From positions 1 to 45,498 of IMG/VR virus record IMGVR_UViG_3300037834_000022: 45,498 nucleotides of DNA; one strand, written 5' to 3'. The translations under genes were made by a program, and so were the position numbers. Numbering within the stretch: position 1 is the first letter of the stretch; every line of letters starts with the position of its first letter. The notes under the pieces are model-generated. The model saw only the letters and a list, made by a program, of their open reading frames with translations, did no database searches and was not told the origin of the DNA. Shown here one piece after another: positions 1 to 8,344 of the stretch. This stretch comes from a virus (taxonomy: Duplodnaviria; Caudoviricetes).

Positions 1-1188
1 TCAGGCGCTTGCCTGATCTTGGGGCGCGGACTGTACCAAAACAGTACCAGTGCCGCCACCTTTGAGCTTCTCCAGCTCCAGCAGATCGGCGTCTGAATCG
101 ATCCAGCGCGCGTAGCGCTCGAGCAGGATCTGGACGCTGTGCCCCAGCTGCTTGGCAACGAATGCTGGGGTCATGCCGGCCATCAGGCAGATGGTCGCGT
201 AGGTGTGGCGCGCAGCATACTGCGGTCGCCAGCGAATGCCCAGCGCTTCGGTCGCCGCCTTGAGGTATTCCTTGGGCGTGCTCTCCGAGGCGATGTAGTC
301 GCCCCTCCCATCCGCCGGCTTGAAGACGTAGGTTGCGTCTTCGTGCATCGCCAGCGCGCCTTCCAGGGCCTGCAGTGCCCTGTCGTTCAGCAGCACGTCG
401 CGTGCGTACTTGGTTTTCACGCGCTCGTGGATCTCGCCGCCCACCATGACCCGACATACCCGCACGCGCCTGCGCTCCAGGTTGACCTCAGCCCTGGCCA
501 GGCCGAGCAGTTCGCAGGGGCGCATGCCGCTGTAGAAAGCCAGCTCGAAGTAGTGGGCATAGACCCGCTGCGCGCCCTCCAGGGTGGCGTGCAGGTGGGC
601 GATGATCCGGTCGGCCTCGGCCTGCAGGTAGGGGTCGACCTCGGCGGCCTGCACCTTCACCTTGGGGATTGCCGCGGCCGGGTTCTGGCCGATCAGCCCG
701 TCGACGATTGCTGCCCGGTAGATGCCGCTCAGGGTGTTCACGGCAAAGCGCCTGTCCGTCATCGATGGCCAATCGATGCGCTGGACGATCTTGCGCAGCA
801 TGAGCGAGGTCACCTGGTTGACTGGGATGCCGGCCAGGTCGGGCATCCAGTAACTGTTGAGCACCCGCTTGTAGTTGTTGCGGGTGTTCTTGACGATCTC
901 GCGGCTGTCCAGCCAGAGCTGGGCATACTCGCCGAAGGTAGGCGTGGCCTGGCCGAGCATGTAGCTGGTGTTGGGGAACAGCTCCAGATACTTGTCGTCG
1001 GTGAGTAGGCCGAGCCGGTTCAGTTGTTTTACTTGATCAAGGAGACTGGCGGCTGCCGCGATCCCCTTGGGCGTTTGAGGATAGGGGAGCGTTTCGCAGC
1101 GGCGGACTTTGCGCCAGGTGAAGCGGATGCGCAGTCGTTGGCCGACGGATTCGACGCCGGCGGGCATGTCCATTGGCTTTCGAGCCAT
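1..1188 (-). CDS. int: Tyrosine recombinase/integrase with N-terminal arm-binding domain
   Basis: Motifs SGMRPCELLGL, ARHTYAT, QLGHS...RYARW; likely start MARKPMDMP at 1188 rather than 1413. Confidence 0.93.
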   Translation of the reverse strand: MARKPMDMPAGVESVGQRLRIRFTWRKVRRCETLPYPQTPKGIAAAASLLDQVKQLNRLGLLTDDKYLELFPNTSYMLGQATPTFGEYAQLWLDSREIVKNTRNNYKRVLNSYWMPDLAGIPVNQVTSLMLRKIVQRIDWPSMTDRRFAVNTLSGIYRAAIVDGLIGQNPAAAIPKVKVQAAEVDPYLQAEADRIIAHLHATLEGAQRVYAHYFELAFYSGMRPCELLGLARAEVNLERRRVRVCRVMVGGEIHERVKTKYARDVLLNDRALQALEGALAMHEDATYVFKPADGRGDYIASESTPKEYLKAATEALGIRWRPQYAARHTYATICLMAGMTPAFVAKQLGHSVQILLERYARWIDSDADLLELEKLKGGGTGTVLVQSAPQDQASA

Positions 1189-1370
1189 GCGTTGTACCTG
1201 CTGATGCTGTAGATGATGCGGCCATCCAGCTTCTGCCAGACGCCCTCGGGGATGATCTTCCGTTCGCGCTTGCGCTCCAGGGCCTTCTGCGTGGTGCCGA
1301 TCAACTCGGCCAGCTTGGCCTCCAGCACCTTGTCGACGGGATAGGCGTTCAGTTCCTCGGCTGCGCTCAT
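1029..1370 (-). CDS. xis: Excisionase-like protein overlapping integrase 5' end
   Basis: wHTH-like KLAELIGTTQKALERKR...IPEGVWQKLDGRIIYS; position directly upstream of int; ATGA coupling to previous gene. Confidence 0.75.
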   Translation of the reverse strand: MSAAEELNAYPVDKVLEAKLAELIGTTQKALERKRERKIIPEGVWQKLDGRIIYSISRYNAWLESQWTCPPASNPSANDCASASPGAKSAAAKRSPILKRPRGSRQPPVSLIK

Positions 1371-2440
1371 GCTGCGTCCTCCTGCATTTCAACCGGCTGC
1401 CAGTCGCTGTCACACAGGCCGTAGGCGCTGCTGCAGGCGGTGGCGTCGGTTTCGCCGTCGCTGGCGATCAGGTCGTACTGGATGCCACCGCGTGTGGTGC
1501 GCGACCACTCAACGGCCTGGCGGATGTTCGCGATGTCGACGATCTGCTGAGCGCTCATGTCCTTGATTGAGCCCTGCTGGTGCTTGGCATTGGCGCCGGC
1601 AAAGAAGGTGGCGCCTTGGCGCTTGCTGGCCTGTCTCACGAGGTTTTCCCAGTGCTCGATGCGGTCGATCACCTCGGGCCAGCGGGCAGCAATCTCGCGC
1701 AGCTCGCCCTTGCGGCAGTTGATGCAGGGCATGCAGCCGACGCGGCCGGCGCCGAGGGTGTAAAGCGGGTTCGGCTTGATACCCATGTAGCGGTGCGCTT
1801 CGAACACGGCGGCCACGTCCCACTTGAGGATCGGGCGGTAGTTGTAGAGGCCGCCGCCCACCTCGTCGCACTCGGCCAGATAGCGGCGCACGTCGGATTC
1901 CTCTCGGCGTACACCTTGCCAGCTCATGATCATGTTCTGTCCGTCCATCAGTGGCAGCATGACCTGCTCGATGATGACGTTGCGCTTGAGTTCTTCGGTG
2001 CAGAACTGGGCCTTGCGACTGGGGAAACGGCCTTTCCACAGGCACAGGTCAAGGAACGGGATGCCGCTCGGCTGGAGTACCTGCAGGGCGGCTTCCACGA
2101 TGTTTTCTGCCACGCCCTGTTCGCGCCACTTGGTGCAGATGAACTCACGTTTGCGGGCGATCTGGCGGGAGAAATCCGCGCGGCGTCGCTCGATGCTAAC
2201 GCCCGTGGCTTGCTCCAGATAGTCGATGTACTCCAGCGTCAGCTCGTGCTCGTTGCCGGTGTCGGCGAACACGGCGCGCAGGTTGGGCGCGCCCTGGGCG
2301 ATGGCCAGCAGCAGGAGGGCGGTCGAGTCCTTGCCGCCTGAGACGCTGACGATGTTGTGCAGCAGGCCCAGCAGGATCTCGGTCGGGTGGAATGGCCAGC
2401 GGATCGCCGTGGCCAGGTCGAATTGGGTTGGGGCGGTCAT
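1367..2440 (-). CDS. Phosphoadenosine phosphosulfate (PAPS) reductase-family PP-loop protein
   Basis: PP-loop SVSGGKDS, FADTGNE, FCTEELK, GVRREES, RVGCMPC. Confidence 0.88.
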   Translation of the reverse strand: MTAPTQFDLATAIRWPFHPTEILLGLLHNIVSVSGGKDSTALLLLAIAQGAPNLRAVFADTGNEHELTLEYIDYLEQATGVSIERRRADFSRQIARKREFICTKWREQGVAENIVEAALQVLQPSGIPFLDLCLWKGRFPSRKAQFCTEELKRNVIIEQVMLPLMDGQNMIMSWQGVRREESDVRRYLAECDEVGGGLYNYRPILKWDVAAVFEAHRYMGIKPNPLYTLGAGRVGCMPCINCRKGELREIAARWPEVIDRIEHWENLVRQASKRQGATFFAGANAKHQQGSIKDMSAQQIVDIANIRQAVEWSRTTRGGIQYDLIASDGETDATACSSAYGLCDSDWQPVEMQEDAA

Positions 2441-3375
2441 GCTGCACCCCGCTGGACATCATGGCAGGGGGCCGGCAAGCTCGGTGCTTTTGAGGTGGCG
2501 AGGCGCCGGCGATGTCTGACAACTTCCTTGATAGAGACGTGCCGCGATTCACCTGGCGTGCAGTGATGCTCTGGGTAGCGTTGAGCCCCATTGCCGCTGT
2601 AGCGGTTTTCTTCATTGTTAGGGCGGAGGCGGCTGCTGCTTGGGTGCAGGCTGTCGGCTCCATCTTGGCAATTCTGGCTGCGGTCTGGATCGCCAGACAG
2701 GCTGATAGGCGAGCAGACAGTGAGCGTTTGCAATCTCAGGAAGTCTGCCTTGCGGTTGCGGCAAAAATCGCCAAGGACATATCTAGGACTGCAAAAGGCT
2801 TTCAGCTGGTTCTCAAAGTGATCGCTGAGAATGGCAACTGGTCCCAGGCATCCGATGGGCTGAGAACCCTTCTCGGTAAGGCAGAGGCGTTCGATGCAAC
2901 TAGGTTTGCTAATGCTGAAACTGCTACGGCGTTTCTTGAGCTGATAAGTCACCTCAGAGATTTGATGGCATCCATTCGATACTACGAAGCGAATGGCAAG
3001 GACAACTGGACGCTCCCTACTGTGGCGAACGAAATCGATGTATTGGTTCTTACCGTGCAGCGGTTTCTCGAAATAAGCTTGCACAGGTAGGCCTTTGTAC
3101 CCCTTAACAAGCTGCGCGTGCTGGCAACTTTGAGAGCGGAGCGATGGGCTCAACTCGCGGGCGCGGCGCACGCCTGTCGTGGGGTGTGCAGCTGCTGCGC
3201 AGCTGGCGGGCAGGGTATTGGATGATGTCGCGCCTTTGGCGCGGCGGTCTATAACGCCCCCGCGCGAGTCATGCAGGCGGCCGGCCGGCGCCGTGCAGGG
3301 CAGGTTCAGCGGGTGATGGCCGCCGCCGTGCTGTCGCACGGCAGTGGCTGGGGTGGCGGCGGGGGCTTGGGTCAT
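2437..3375 (-). CDS. Putative 312-aa low-complexity 'bridge' ORF spanning an antisense moron
   Basis: ATGA overlap with upstream gene at 3372-3375 and with downstream gene at 2437-2440; no recognisable domain. Confidence 0.4.
   Translation of the reverse strand: MTQAPAATPATAVRQHGGGHHPLNLPCTAPAGRLHDSRGGVIDRRAKGATSSNTLPASCAAAAHPTTGVRRARELSPSLRSQSCQHAQLVKGYKGLPVQAYFEKPLHGKNQYIDFVRHSRERPVVLAIRFVVSNGCHQISEVTYQLKKRRSSFSISKPSCIERLCLTEKGSQPIGCLGPVAILSDHFENQLKAFCSPRYVLGDFCRNRKADFLRLQTLTVCSPISLSGDPDRSQNCQDGADSLHPSSSRLRPNNEENRYSGNGAQRYPEHHCTPGESRHVSIKEVVRHRRRLATSKAPSLPAPCHDVQRGAA
2453..2481 (+). promoter_or_regulatory. Candidate sigma70-type promoter of the antisense moron
   Basis: TGGACA-17 nt-CAAGCT, about 30 nt upstream of ATG 2512. 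Confidence 0.4.
2512..3090 (+). CDS. Moron: hypothetical membrane protein (two N-terminal TM segments, helical C-terminus)
   Basis: Hydrophobic stretches AVMLWVALSPIAAVAVFFIV and WVQAVGSILAILAAVWIA; AT-richer than flanks; opposite strand to operon. Confidence 0.8.
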   Translation: MSDNFLDRDVPRFTWRAVMLWVALSPIAAVAVFFIVRAEAAAAWVQAVGSILAILAAVWIARQADRRADSERLQSQEVCLAVAAKIAKDISRTAKGFQLVLKVIAENGNWSQASDGLRTLLGKAEAFDATRFANAETATAFLELISHLRDLMASIRYYEANGKDNWTLPTVANEIDVLVLTVQRFLEISLHR

Positions 3376-3917
3376 GCGGCAGCCCTCGCTCGGTGGGTGG
3401 TGGCTAGCAGCTGCATGAGCCGGTCGAAGTAGGCCTGTGCGGCTTCGGGCTGGGTCATGGGCTTGATGCGGAACTGGGCCGGGTGGGTGCCGGTGAGGCA
3501 CGGCCAGGCGTCCGGGTGCGGGGCCATCAGGTCGCGCTTTTCGGTGGCCAGGGCGATCAGGTCGGCATCGTGGACGCTGGGCGGCAGCACCGGCTCGATG
3601 TCGAAGCGGTGGCAGATGGCGTGCCATACCCGCATTTCGATCTGGCGGTACTCGGGCAGTGCCTGTTTCAACGGGCTGACCAGGTCGCCAACGTAGGCTT
3701 CGGTGGCGTCATGCAGCAGGGCTTCCAGCTGGTACTGCGCGGGCACCAGCTCGGCGACGACGAGGCAGTGCTGGGCGACGCTGTAGAAGGTTTTGACGTG
3801 GCCGTTGAAGCGGCACTGCATGCTGAGTGCGTGGGCAATGTCGGTCGGGTCGACCATGTGGGCGGCCGGTTCGAGCAGGTCGAAGCGCTTGGCGCTGCGG
3901 GTGATGATCCAGCTCAT
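3372..3917 (-). CDS. HD-domain phosphohydrolase (YfbR/YfdR-like 5'-deoxynucleotidase family)
   Basis: DIAHALSMQCRFNGH, YSVAQH, ALLHDATEAYVGD, HDADLIALATE. Confidence 0.88.
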   Translation of the reverse strand: MSWIITRSAKRFDLLEPAAHMVDPTDIAHALSMQCRFNGHVKTFYSVAQHCLVVAELVPAQYQLEALLHDATEAYVGDLVSPLKQALPEYRQIEMRVWHAICHRFDIEPVLPPSVHDADLIALATEKRDLMAPHPDAWPCLTGTHPAQFRIKPMTQPEAAQAYFDRLMQLLATTHRARAAA

Positions 3918-4627
3918 GCTGCGGCCTCCTGTGCGGCGGCGGCCTGCAGGAGTTCGCCGTGGTTGCGGTCGAGGTCGTCGCTGTCGGCTTTGGCCTTGCG
4001 CAGCAGGGTGCGCAGGTCGTCGATGATCGGGTGATCCTCTGCGAATGCCTGGAAGCGCAGCTCGGCGGTTTCGAGGTCGAAATGCAGGGTGGCGTTCTCG
4101 TCCAGCCAGTCGATCAGCTCGCTGTCGGGGTGGGGCTGGCTGTTCGCCTGGGCCTTCTTGATGCGCTCGGCCATGTCCAGCACCTGGGCCTGCAGGTGGC
4201 GGCTGAAGCGGGCGTGATCGTGCGCGTTGAGGCCGGCAAAGGTGTCGCCGGCCAGCTCCAGCTTGTTGGCGACGGCGAGCAGGACGGCGTGGTCTTCGTC
4301 GCTGAGTGGCGCCGCAGCAGCCAGGCGGTTGAGCAGGCCGCGCTCGACCTTGCCGTGGTCCTCGGCCTCTGCCCGGATGTTGGCGCGCAGGGTCATTGCC
4401 TCGCGGGAGCGGGCGGCGAGCAGGTCGCGATGCTCGGCCAGCGCCTCGCGGAGCGGGTGCACGATGGATTTGCAGTGCTTGGCGGCGGTCTCTCGGCCTT
4501 GCTCGTAGCCAGCGGCTTTGCCGGTGCGCAGGCCGATGCAGTAGAAGATGATGCCGGCGACAGCGGCGCAGCTGAGGGCGGCGAAGATGCCGTAGACCTG
4601 CGCGGTGGTGAAGGTGGTGAGTTCCAT
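3914..4627 (-). CDS. Hypothetical phage protein, N-terminal TM plus coiled coil
   Basis: RBS GAGGAG; hydrophobic N-terminus; ATGA coupling to next gene. Confidence 0.8.
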   Translation of the reverse strand: MELTTFTTAQVYGIFAALSCAAVAGIIFYCIGLRTGKAAGYEQGRETAAKHCKSIVHPLREALAEHRDLLAARSREAMTLRANIRAEAEDHGKVERGLLNRLAAAAPLSDEDHAVLLAVANKLELAGDTFAGLNAHDHARFSRHLQAQVLDMAERIKKAQANSQPHPDSELIDWLDENATLHFDLETAELRFQAFAEDHPIIDDLRTLLRKAKADSDDLDRNHGELLQAAAAQEAAA

Positions 4628-4697
4628 GGTGTTGCTCCTCGTGTTGGCCGGTCGCTGGTGGTGGCAGCGGGTGCGGCTGTCAGGTGGTTTTGGTGGA

Positions 4698-4892
4698 TCA
4701 GTCGTCGTCGGGTTCGGGTGGATCTGCCAGGCCGGCCATCAGCTTGGCGGCGTAGGCGCTGTGGCCTTCCTCGCGCAGGTCGTCGTAGCGTCGCCAGTCT
4801 TCACAGAGGGCGATGTGTTCCTGGCAAAGCCCGATTTCTTTGTGGTCGAACTCGCCTAGTTCGGTGCGGCATTCGCGGCAGTAGCGGTACAC
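4698..4892 (-). CDS. Small Cys-rich (CxxC) hypothetical protein
   Basis: GTG start after AGGAGG; CRECR...LCQEH. Confidence 0.65.
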   Translation of the reverse strand: MYRYCRECRTELGEFDHKEIGLCQEHIALCEDWRRYDDLREEGHSAYAAKLMAGLADPPEPDDD

Positions 4893-4904
4893 GGGTCAGT
4901 CCTC

Positions 4905-5219
4905 CTACTCTGTCGGGTTGATCTTCTCTGCCAGTTCGGCGTCGGCCGCCTCGGCCTGGGTGTCGATGAAGATCGCCAGGTGACGGATGTCGATGAAGCG
5001 GCTGGCCTTGGCGCTGGGGTCCAGCCGGGTGACGGGCAGCGGGATGCGCAGCTCGCGCAGGGCGCGGGTGAAGTTGTCGTCGCTTAGTCGCTGGAAGTAG
5101 CGCTCGCGCACCTGGTCGACGGGGGCGAGCACGTCGCCGAAGGTGCGGTACAGCAGCTCGACGGTCTGCGCGCGTGGCGCAGGCGGCAGGCGTAGTTCGC
5201 GCTGGTTGGCCTGGCTCAT
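4905..5219 (-). CDS. prtN: Pyocin activator PrtN-family protein
   Basis: 104 aa; TVELLYRTFGDVL..VRERYF, IPLPVTRLDPS.KA, IRHLAIFID resemble PrtN. Confidence 0.82.
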   Translation of the reverse strand: MSQANQRELRLPPAPRAQTVELLYRTFGDVLAPVDQVRERYFQRLSDDNFTRALRELRIPLPVTRLDPSAKASRFIDIRHLAIFIDTQAEAADAELAEKINPTE

Positions 5220-5689
5220 GCTGCGTTCGCCTTGTTGTCGGCCAGCTGGTCAGCCAGGCGCTTGAGACTGACCTTGCCGGCGATGCGTGGCGGCGCCGGT
5301 TTGGTGTGCGGCTGGCTGGCCTTGCGGATATCGGCGTTGATGCCGGCAAGGGTGGCGCGGGCGGTTGAGCCGAACGCGACGAAGCGCGGCAGGGGCGCGG
5401 CGCTGTCGACGGGCTCGATAACGGCGCCCAGCTCGATGCCGTCCAGCCCGGCGCCTAGTCGCAGCATGGCGCGGGCGCGGTACTGGCTGCCGAGGTCGGC
5501 GGCGAGGTGTTCCAGGGCCGCGGCCAGCTGCAGGTGTTCGCGCTGCAGAGCGCTGCCTTCGGTGGTGAGGGAGAGCCCGGCAGCGGTGGCTGCCAGGGTG
5601 AGGTTGGCCAGGATCTTGTCCTGGGTGAAACGCTCGGCCGGGAGCTTGAGCAGCTCGATCAGCAGGGCCTCGATCAGTCGGGTGTCCAT
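5216..5689 (-). CDS. Hypothetical phage protein
   Basis: Coupled starts and stops within the leftward operon. Confidence 0.75.
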   Translation of the reverse strand: MDTRLIEALLIELLKLPAERFTQDKILANLTLAATAAGLSLTTEGSALQREHLQLAAALEHLAADLGSQYRARAMLRLGAGLDGIELGAVIEPVDSAAPLPRFVAFGSTARATLAGINADIRKASQPHTKPAPPRIAGKVSLKRLADQLADNKANAA

Positions 5690-5886
5690 CAGTCTTTCCT
5701 CTGTGGGTGGTTCCAGGCGATCTCGACGTGGGTACGCACGAGGTCGCGCAGGTGCTCCGGCACGTCGGCCAGTGCGGCGCGGCGTTCGTCTTTGCTCTTG
5801 AGCGCGACGATGACTGCGGCGTACTGGCGAGGGCGACGCGGGAAGGTGGCGGCGCCCTCGGTGACGGTGAAGGGCTCAAGCGACAT
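5689..5886 (-). CDS. Small hypothetical phage protein
   Basis: MSLEPFTV...PRQYAAVIVAL...LVRTHVEIAW; coupled to neighbours. Confidence 0.7.
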   Translation of the reverse strand: MSLEPFTVTEGAATFPRRPRQYAAVIVALKSKDERRAALADVPEHLRDLVRTHVEIAWNHPQRKD

Positions 5887-6166
5887 CGCGCGGGTCTGCC
5901 TGTGGTTCTGGCATTGGGCGCTCGATGCCGAGCTTCTCGGCAAGCCAGGGAATGCCGGCGTCGGTGACGCGGGTGGTGCGTGGGTACTGCCAGCCGGCGT
6001 CGGGGTGGATGTAGCGGTTCTCGCGGGTGACCAGGTAGGCCTTGGTCATCTCCGGGTTGGCCGGCAGGTTGTGGCGGTCGAGGATGCCGGCCGCACGCAT
6101 GCGCTTCATCAGGTCGCGGTGCCCGATGCCGAGGCGCTGGGCGGTGTACTTGAGGGAGTTGGACAT
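5876..6166 (-). CDS. Phage antirepressor KilAC/ANT-like domain protein
   Basis: AQRLGIGHRDLMKRMRAAGIL and TTRVTDAGIPWLAEKLG match the ANT C-terminal pattern. Confidence 0.7.
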   Translation of the reverse strand: MSNSLKYTAQRLGIGHRDLMKRMRAAGILDRHNLPANPEMTKAYLVTRENRYIHPDAGWQYPRTTRVTDAGIPWLAEKLGIERPMPEPQADPRDVA

Positions 6167-6176
6167 GGCGGCTTCC

Positions 6177-6776
6177 TCACGCTGCGGCCGCGCGTTGCGG
6201 CGTGGCGATGATGTGCAGGTGCTCGATGCTGATCAGCAGGCGCTTGAGGCATTCGCGCTGGTCGCCACGCACGGTGAAACACTTGGTGCGCGGGCGGGCG
6301 GCGCCGATGCTGGCGATGACGGTCACACCCTCTGCCGGCCGGGTGCGGTGCACGGCGACGTTAATCGGGTGCTCGTGGCCGGTCTCAAGGCTGGCGAAGC
6401 CGCCGTGGCGCACCATGTGCTTGAGCCGGCCGAGCTGGGCTTCGTTCAGCAGGGCGTCCGGCTCGGGCAGCAGGGGGGCGCGGGTGACGCGGGGCGGTGC
6501 CAGCTCGCCACCGTCCACGCGGCCGTTGGCAATGGCGTCAATGAAGTCCGCGACCTGCAGGTGCTTCTCGGGGTGGGCGGTCTGCACGTCGAGGCTGTGC
6601 ACCTGGTCGCCCATCTCGATGCGCACGGCGGTGTTGGGCTGACCGCGCTCGATACGCACGCGGGCGAGCAGCTGGTGACCGCCGTAGGCGGAGCGCAGGG
6701 CGTGGGTGAAGGTGCCGGTGAGGTTGAGCTGGGCCTGCAGGCGCAGCAGGGCGTCTTCGGGGAGGGTGAAGTTCAT
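6177..6776 (-). CDS. Hypothetical phage protein
   Basis: 199 aa ORF, ATGA-coupled in operon. Confidence 0.75.
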   Translation of the reverse strand: MNFTLPEDALLRLQAQLNLTGTFTHALRSAYGGHQLLARVRIERGQPNTAVRIEMGDQVHSLDVQTAHPEKHLQVADFIDAIANGRVDGGELAPPRVTRAPLLPEPDALLNEAQLGRLKHMVRHGGFASLETGHEHPINVAVHRTRPAEGVTVIASIGAARPRTKCFTVRGDQRECLKRLLISIEHLHIIATPQRAAAA

Positions 6777-7057
6777 GCTGCCACCTTCTTGGCCGGAGCT
6801 ACCAGCCAGGTGTGGGGGGCTTGGCCCTGCTCCATGCGCCGGTAGTAGGCGGCGCTGATGGTCAGCTCGCTTGCACGGTCATACTCGTCGGCGGTGATTG
6901 CCCCGAGGATGAAGGCGGCATAGATCATGCCGTGGGCTTTATCGGCGTGGGTGTCGATGGCGAGGGGGTGGCTGGCTTCGCGCGCCCACTTGAGCTCGCG
7001 CAGCAGGCCACGGCGCCAGATGCTGATCTTCTGGGCTGGAGTAGATTGGATTGCCAT
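6773..7057 (-). CDS. Hypothetical phage protein
   Basis: 94 aa; TAATG coupling with upstream small ORF. Confidence 0.7.
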   Translation of the reverse strand: MAIQSTPAQKISIWRRGLLRELKWAREASHPLAIDTHADKAHGMIYAAFILGAITADEYDRASELTISAAYYRRMEQGQAPHTWLVAPAKKVAA

Positions 7058-7218
7058 TACGCAGCCCTCCCGCCGTCGTTCGGGTCGAAGGGGGCAGGTG
7101 CGGTGCGGGGCTTGGGTTTTACGCGAGAGAACTGGCAGCCGGCTGCCTGGGCAGCGCGGCGCAGTTCAAAGATGCGCTCGGTCTGGCAAGACGGCAGCGC
7201 GTGGACGGATGCAGACAT
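7057..7218 (-). CDS. First gene of leftward early operon, 53 aa (absent from ORF track)
   Basis: MSASVHALPSCQTERIFELRRAAQAAGCQFSRVKPKPRTAPAPFDPNDGGRAA; RBS GAGGT; TAATG overlap with next gene. Confidence 0.7.
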   Translation of the reverse strand: MSASVHALPSCQTERIFELRRAAQAAGCQFSRVKPKPRTAPAPFDPNDGGRAA

Positions 7219-7253
7219 GGGTTACCTCGGCTCTGTGGTGGAGAGACGAGGCA

Positions 7254-7297
7254 AATAAAACGTATCGTTGTTGATATGTCAACAACGAAATGTTGTA
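7254..7297 (-). promoter_or_regulatory. PL promoter with two repressor operators (OL)
   Basis: TTGACA (7277-7282, minus strand) flanked by 17-bp dyads TAAAACGtatCGTTGTT (7256-7272) and AACAACGaaaTGTTGTA (7281-7297), matching OR. Confidence 0.75.
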
Positions 7298-7311
7298 TTT
7301 GGGTTTGAGGG

Positions 7312-7944
7312 TTACCCGAAGATGGATTTTTGCCAGTGTTCCTCGGTGATGATGGCTAGCGGGTTGCCGTTTTCGCGCAGCTCTACGGCCTTTTTGATCT
7401 TGGTGCCGTAGCTGCTGTGTAGCCATTGGTCGTTGCCAATGGAGCCGACGACGAGGTAGTGGACTTTCTTGCTGACGCTCGGGGCGATGAGACCGCCGCG
7501 CTCGGTCACCAGCGCTTCGCAATCTTTGCGGGGGCCGTAGGCCATGACGCCAGTGAACAGGAACAGGCGGTTGTCCCAGTGCAGGCTCGGTGCGGGCTGG
7601 TCGATGGGGAGCGAGGTCGGTGCCTGGAATGGGTGGGCCTTGCAGAGCTCCAGGCCGGTGAACTGTTTGAGCAGACCCAGCAACTCGGCGGATTCGGCGG
7701 CGTCCAGCAGGTTGTCGCTGAGCATGTCGGCGAGGCGGCGATAGAGGATGTTTACCACCGGGTCGGCCAGGTGGTTCAAGTTCGTCTCGATCCAGCGCTT
7801 GAGAAACTCTGCCTCTTGCTGGTTGATCGTGTTGTCAGCTGTGATGCCTGCCGCCAGGCCTATCAGGGCGTCGGCTGATCTGCGATCAATGCGGGCCTCA
7901 TGAAAACAGCGACTGTTCTGAAACTCCTGATGCAGATCGACCAT
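7312..7944 (-). CDS. BRCT-domain protein with helical (TerB-like) N-terminus
   Basis: C-terminal FLFTG...CEALVTERGG...SVSKKVHYLVVG...KIKKAVEL...IITEEHW is a BRCT signature. Confidence 0.82.
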   Translation of the reverse strand: MVDLHQEFQNSRCFHEARIDRRSADALIGLAAGITADNTINQQEAEFLKRWIETNLNHLADPVVNILYRRLADMLSDNLLDAAESAELLGLLKQFTGLELCKAHPFQAPTSLPIDQPAPSLHWDNRLFLFTGVMAYGPRKDCEALVTERGGLIAPSVSKKVHYLVVGSIGNDQWLHSSYGTKIKKAVELRENGNPLAIITEEHWQKSIFG

Positions 7945-8344
7945 CCTGCGCGTCTCCTTCGGCTGTGTCTTCCGTGGTTTGGTCTAGGAGCTTGCTGATG
8001 TCAGGCGTAAAGGTGACCACCATGCCGGTTTTGCTGCAGGTGATGGTGACCTCTGCCGCAGGGTCTATCGCAAGGTCCTCGCCGCGCAGGCCTTGCCATT
8101 GGGCGAGGTACTGCAGGGCTCCATACTTCTCTAGCTTCTTGAGGGTGCGGCTGACGCCGCCTTTCCAGTTGGTTGCTGGCAGTTCGTCGCGGCCGGCAGC
8201 CTCGGCCAGTTCGGGCTTCGACTTGGCCAACTGGCGACCGACTTCCCAGCACTTGATCAGACCTTTGTCTTCGCCTTCCCAGGTGGCATGCCAGTCGAGG
8301 CCGGTGCGAATGGGGGTGTCTATGCTGCGGCGGATTGCGGTCAT
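7898..8344 (-). CDS. Hypothetical protein coupled to cI
   Basis: ATG 8344 overlaps cI stop (TAATG); 148 aa globular-looking. Confidence 0.75.
   Translation of the reverse strand: MTAIRRSIDTPIRTGLDWHATWEGEDKGLIKCWEVGRQLAKSKPELAEAAGRDELPATNWKGGVSRTLKKLEKYGALQYLAQWQGLRGEDLAIDPAAEVTITCSKTGMVVTFTPDISKLLDQTTEDTAEGDAQDGRSASGVSEQSLFS

Noticed and set aside
1189-1413. N-terminal extension of the 470-aa integrase ORF
   Set aside because: Low-complexity alternate frame of xis; integrase-like sequence begins at MARKPM (1188)
4654-4661. E. coli Chi sequence GCTGGTGG within two CCACCAC hairpins (also reverse at 9631-9638)
   Set aside because: Other copies keep only the loop and lack Chi; stem context points to RNA structure, and the host is not E. 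coli-like
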